The notes below the pieces were generated by a model. That model made no database searches and was not told where the DNA came from. It saw nothing but the letters and a program-made list of their open reading frames with translations. DNA of 37,525 nucleotides from NCBI GenBank assembly GCA_023621895.1, contig JAMOAF010000741.1:1-37525 (forward strand), read 5' to 3'. Positions 35,322 to 37,525 of the stretch are shown here, piece by piece (the stretch's first letter is position 1; the number at the start of each line of letters is the position of its first letter). This DNA comes from Planctomycetota bacterium (GTDB lineage: Bacteria; Planctomycetota; Planctomycetia; Pirellulales; Thermoguttaceae). The position numbers were made by a program, and so were the translations under genes.

Positions 35322-36182
35322 TCACTCTTGGCAATTGGGAATTGAACCTCGAGCCTTGTCAAGGCTCGCGCCTCCGGCGAGCGGCTGACTCGACCTTCCA
35401 ACCGGGATTCCGTCGAGCAGCTCGGTCTTGCGAAGGGCGACCTTCCGGCGCGCCTCGGGCAGGATGCGGCGCAACCGGTCCGGCAACTCGGCCAGGCCCG
35501 CCCGCCGCATCACCTGATTCAAGCGTACGAACAGTTTGGCATCCTCGGCGTAGTCCGACAAGATCCGCGTCTCGCGAAACCGGTCGATCATCCACGCCAA
35601 TCGCTCGGTCCGCCGGGGGGCCATTTCGTTGACCGCCGCCTCGATCACCGCCGGATCGACCTTTTCAAACACGGCGTAGTAGGCGTCCAGCCGGCCCGGA
35701 TGATCGGCGATCAGGGCCGCGTCGAGGAGCACTTCGACGAGCAAATGGCCGAGAAAGTTGGGGCGGAAACCGGAATCGGCCTCCAGATGGTCGCGAGCCA
35801 GAAGCGTCAGCTCCAGCGAGAGTTCGCCAAATGCGCGCGTCCCGTGAAACCGCGCATCGTCGCGAAGATGCTGAAGAATCCCGCCCGCAATCGCCGCCAC
35901 CTCCGGCCGCGCGTCCGCCAAAAACGGCTCGACGTGTTTCCGCCGCACGCGAACCTTCCGGTCGACGACCGTCAGCCAGTCGGGGATCCCCGTCGCGGCA
36001 GCAAAATACCAAGCGCAGAGCCGGTCCGGGGCGCCGTCCCGATTCTTGCGGCGGCCGGCGCTGCCGGACGACGCGGCAATTGCGCCTTCCGAGCGATCGG
36101 AACCCTCTGCTTGGCGATCGTCCGGCGCAGCAGCAGCAGTGGGCGTGTCGAGGAACGGCAAAGCATGGGCAAAGTAGTTCAT
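35322..36182 (-). CDS. hypothetical protein, possibly ACP phosphodiesterase (AcpH)-like
   Basis: N-terminus MNYFAHALPF resembles the AcpH MNFLAHL start. Later H-rich helices are ILQHLRDDARFH and FLGHLLVEVLLD. A low-complexity insert follows residue 12. Confidence 0.45.
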   Translation of the reverse strand: MNYFAHALPFLDTPTAAAAPDDRQAEGSDRSEGAIAASSGSAGRRKNRDGAPDRLCAWYFAAATGIPDWLTVVDRKVRVRRKHVEPFLADARPEVAAIAGGILQHLRDDARFHGTRAFGELSLELTLLARDHLEADSGFRPNFLGHLLVEVLLDAALIADHPGRLDAYYAVFEKVDPAVIEAAVNEMAPRRTERLAWMIDRFRETRILSDYAEDAKLFVRLNQVMRRAGLAELPDRLRRILPEARRKVALRKTELLDGIPVGRSSQPLAGGASLDKARGSIPNCQE

Positions 36183-36205
36183 CGCGTTTTTCGGGGTCTC
36201 TGGGC

Positions 36206-37474
36206 CTATGATTCCTCGCCGCTGGTTGGGCCTTCGCCTCCCGCGCCCGAGTTTCTGGAGCCAATCGCCGCCAGCAGCACCATGAAAGCCAGTGGATACA
36301 TCAGGCCGGAGGCCATCCAGACCGGCCCGTAAGAAAACCGGTCAACGCACCAGCCGATCGCCGTATTGGCCAGCATGCCGCCCACCGCGCCCACCGCGCC
36401 GGTGATGCCCATCACGGTGCCGACGGCGCCCTTGGGAAACCGCTCGCTGATGACCGTGACGTAGTTGGTGATCCAGAAGCCGTGCGCCAGCATCAGCAGC
36501 GACATCATCGTGATCGCCATCCCCAGAGTCTGCACCCGGCCGGCCAGGCTGGAGGAGAGTGTCAGCGCGGCCGCTCCCGCCATGATCCAGCGCCGCGCCG
36601 CCAGCGCCGGCAGGCCGCGGCGGATCATCCAGTCAGAGACCCAACCGCCGGCAATATTCGAGATTCCCAGCGCGAGGAACGGAATCCAGGTCACCTGGCC
36701 GATCTGCTCAAGCGTCACGCCGCGCTCCTGGCTGAGATACTTGGGTATCCAGAACATGTAGAAGTAGAACACCGGATCGACGATGAACCGCATCAGGGCC
36801 AGGCCCCACGTTTCCACGCGCCCCAAGAGGTCCGAGAGCGGCACATGCCCCGTTTCCGTCTCCCCGACCGCGGCCGGTTGCGATTCGGAATCGAGGGTCT
36901 CGGCCTGGGAAGACAGCAGCCACCAAAAGCCGACCCATCCCGCGCCGATCAATCCGGTCGCAACGAACACGCCTCGCCAGCCCGCGAGCGCTGCCAGCCA
37001 GACGGTCAGCGGCGGGGCCACGACGGCGCCCAGGGCCGATCCTCCGATGGCGATCCCCATCGCCATCGCCCGCTCGCGCTGGGGGAACCACTCCGCCACG
37101 CCCTTGGCCGCGCCGGGAAAACAGCCGCCTTCGCCCACGCCGAGAAGAAACCGGCAGGCGCCCAGGTGAAACGCATTCTGCACCACCGCGTGGGCGGCGC
37201 TCGCCACCGACCAGAACCCCACCGACAGCGCCATGCCCAGCCGCGTGCCCAACACGTCCATCATCCGCCCGCCGAGCAAAAACATAACCGAGTAGCTGAC
37301 AAGAAACGCCGTGGTCACGTAGGAATACTCGGTGTTGGTCATCTCCAACTGCTCGGTGATCACCGGCGCAAGCACCGAGAGGACCTGCCGGTCCAAAAAG
37401 CTCATCGCCGTGGCCACGAACAGCAGTCCGCAAAGCCACCAACGCAGATGCCGGACTTGGGAGGAGGGATTCAT
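36206..37474 (-). CDS. MFS transporter, ACS family (hexuronate transporter ExuT-like)
   Basis: LRWWLCGLLFVATAMSFLDRQVLSVLAP....L.....EYSYV and GVGEGGCFPGAAKGVAEWFPQRERA align with my memory of E. coli ExuT. About 12 TM helices. Confidence 0.85.
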   Translation of the reverse strand: MNPSSQVRHLRWWLCGLLFVATAMSFLDRQVLSVLAPVITEQLEMTNTEYSYVTTAFLVSYSVMFLLGGRMMDVLGTRLGMALSVGFWSVASAAHAVVQNAFHLGACRFLLGVGEGGCFPGAAKGVAEWFPQRERAMAMGIAIGGSALGAVVAPPLTVWLAALAGWRGVFVATGLIGAGWVGFWWLLSSQAETLDSESQPAAVGETETGHVPLSDLLGRVETWGLALMRFIVDPVFYFYMFWIPKYLSQERGVTLEQIGQVTWIPFLALGISNIAGGWVSDWMIRRGLPALAARRWIMAGAAALTLSSSLAGRVQTLGMAITMMSLLMLAHGFWITNYVTVISERFPKGAVGTVMGITGAVGAVGGMLANTAIGWCVDRFSYGPVWMASGLMYPLAFMVLLAAIGSRNSGAGGEGPTSGEES

Positions 37475-37525
37475 CGAGCGGCCTCTGCGTGGACAGTGGG
37501 ACGGCGTTGAGAACGACAGGTTGCG

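Noticed and set aside
34246-35388. 380-aa plus-strand ORF
   Set aside because: Antisense to the interrupted TIM-barrel isomerase, whose two halves are colinear and family-like.
36482-37510. 342-aa plus-strand ORF
   Set aside because: Antisense shadow of the ExuT-like MFS transporter.

Overview
37.5-kb GC-rich segment, roughly two thirds G+C by eye. Real frames show strong G/C third-position bias, and many long antisense shadow ORFs appear in the ORF track. Gene content looks planctomycetal: Tat-signal Gfo/Idh/MocA oxidoreductases, xylose-isomerase-like TIM barrels, HEAT and PD40 repeat proteins, a prenyltransferase/squalene-oxidase-repeat protein, a PSP1 plus Minf_1886-type pair, and a beta-barrel protein ending in Phe. 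This taxonomic guess is inference only.

I support about 35 protein-coding genes.
- 1-8321: eight tightly packed plus-strand genes forming a putative sugar or amino-sugar catabolic operon. They are an FGGY kinase, an oxidoreductase, a TIM-barrel isomerase, a NupG-type MFS transporter, a NagB-like deaminase, a NodB-type deacetylase, an FAD oxidase and a CCG Fe-S protein.
- 8.7-15.8 kb: envelope and signalling genes, namely an anti-sigma-like membrane protein, an HDOD protein, a TPR protein and a beta-barrel protein.
- 16.3-21.3 kb: glyA, a phosphoglycosyl transferase, an ECF-type sigma factor and a GH28 beta-helix hydrolase.
- 22.4-28.2 kb: oxidoreductase, HEAT, PD40 propeller, nitroreductase and prenyltransferase-repeat genes.
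- 28.6-31.2 kb: PSP1, a Minf_1886-like protein, a small membrane ORF and an orphan groES.
- 31.2-37.5 kb, minus strand: a DUF3299-like protein, an FtsX permease and an ABC ATPase, then a TIM-barrel isomerase with an in-frame TAA, an AcpH-like protein and an ExuT-like MFS transporter.

I recognised no rRNA, tRNA, CRISPR array, transposase, integrase, phage gene or known defence system.

The most unusual content is non-coding, with at least six families of short interspersed or tandem repeats.
- Two inverted arrays of a 26-30-bp tandem repeat bracket a 4.9-kb two-gene module.
- Two inverted copies of a ~176-bp foldback MITE-like element each overlap the stop codon of a flanking gene.
- The other families are a 51-bp tandem repeat, a GGTTCCCAAGC hairpin family, CCCARGGC hairpins and a GGCCATTGGAAATTGAAC family.

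Other points worth a second look:
- a ~79-residue His-rich periplasmic insertion in the FtsX permease of the ABC cluster;
- a nonsense codon at a conserved Glu position of a TIM-barrel isomerase;
- a creatininase gene remnant;
- a 580-nt glyA leader.

All calls rest on reading the sequence and recalling protein families. No searches were run, and start codons are best guesses.
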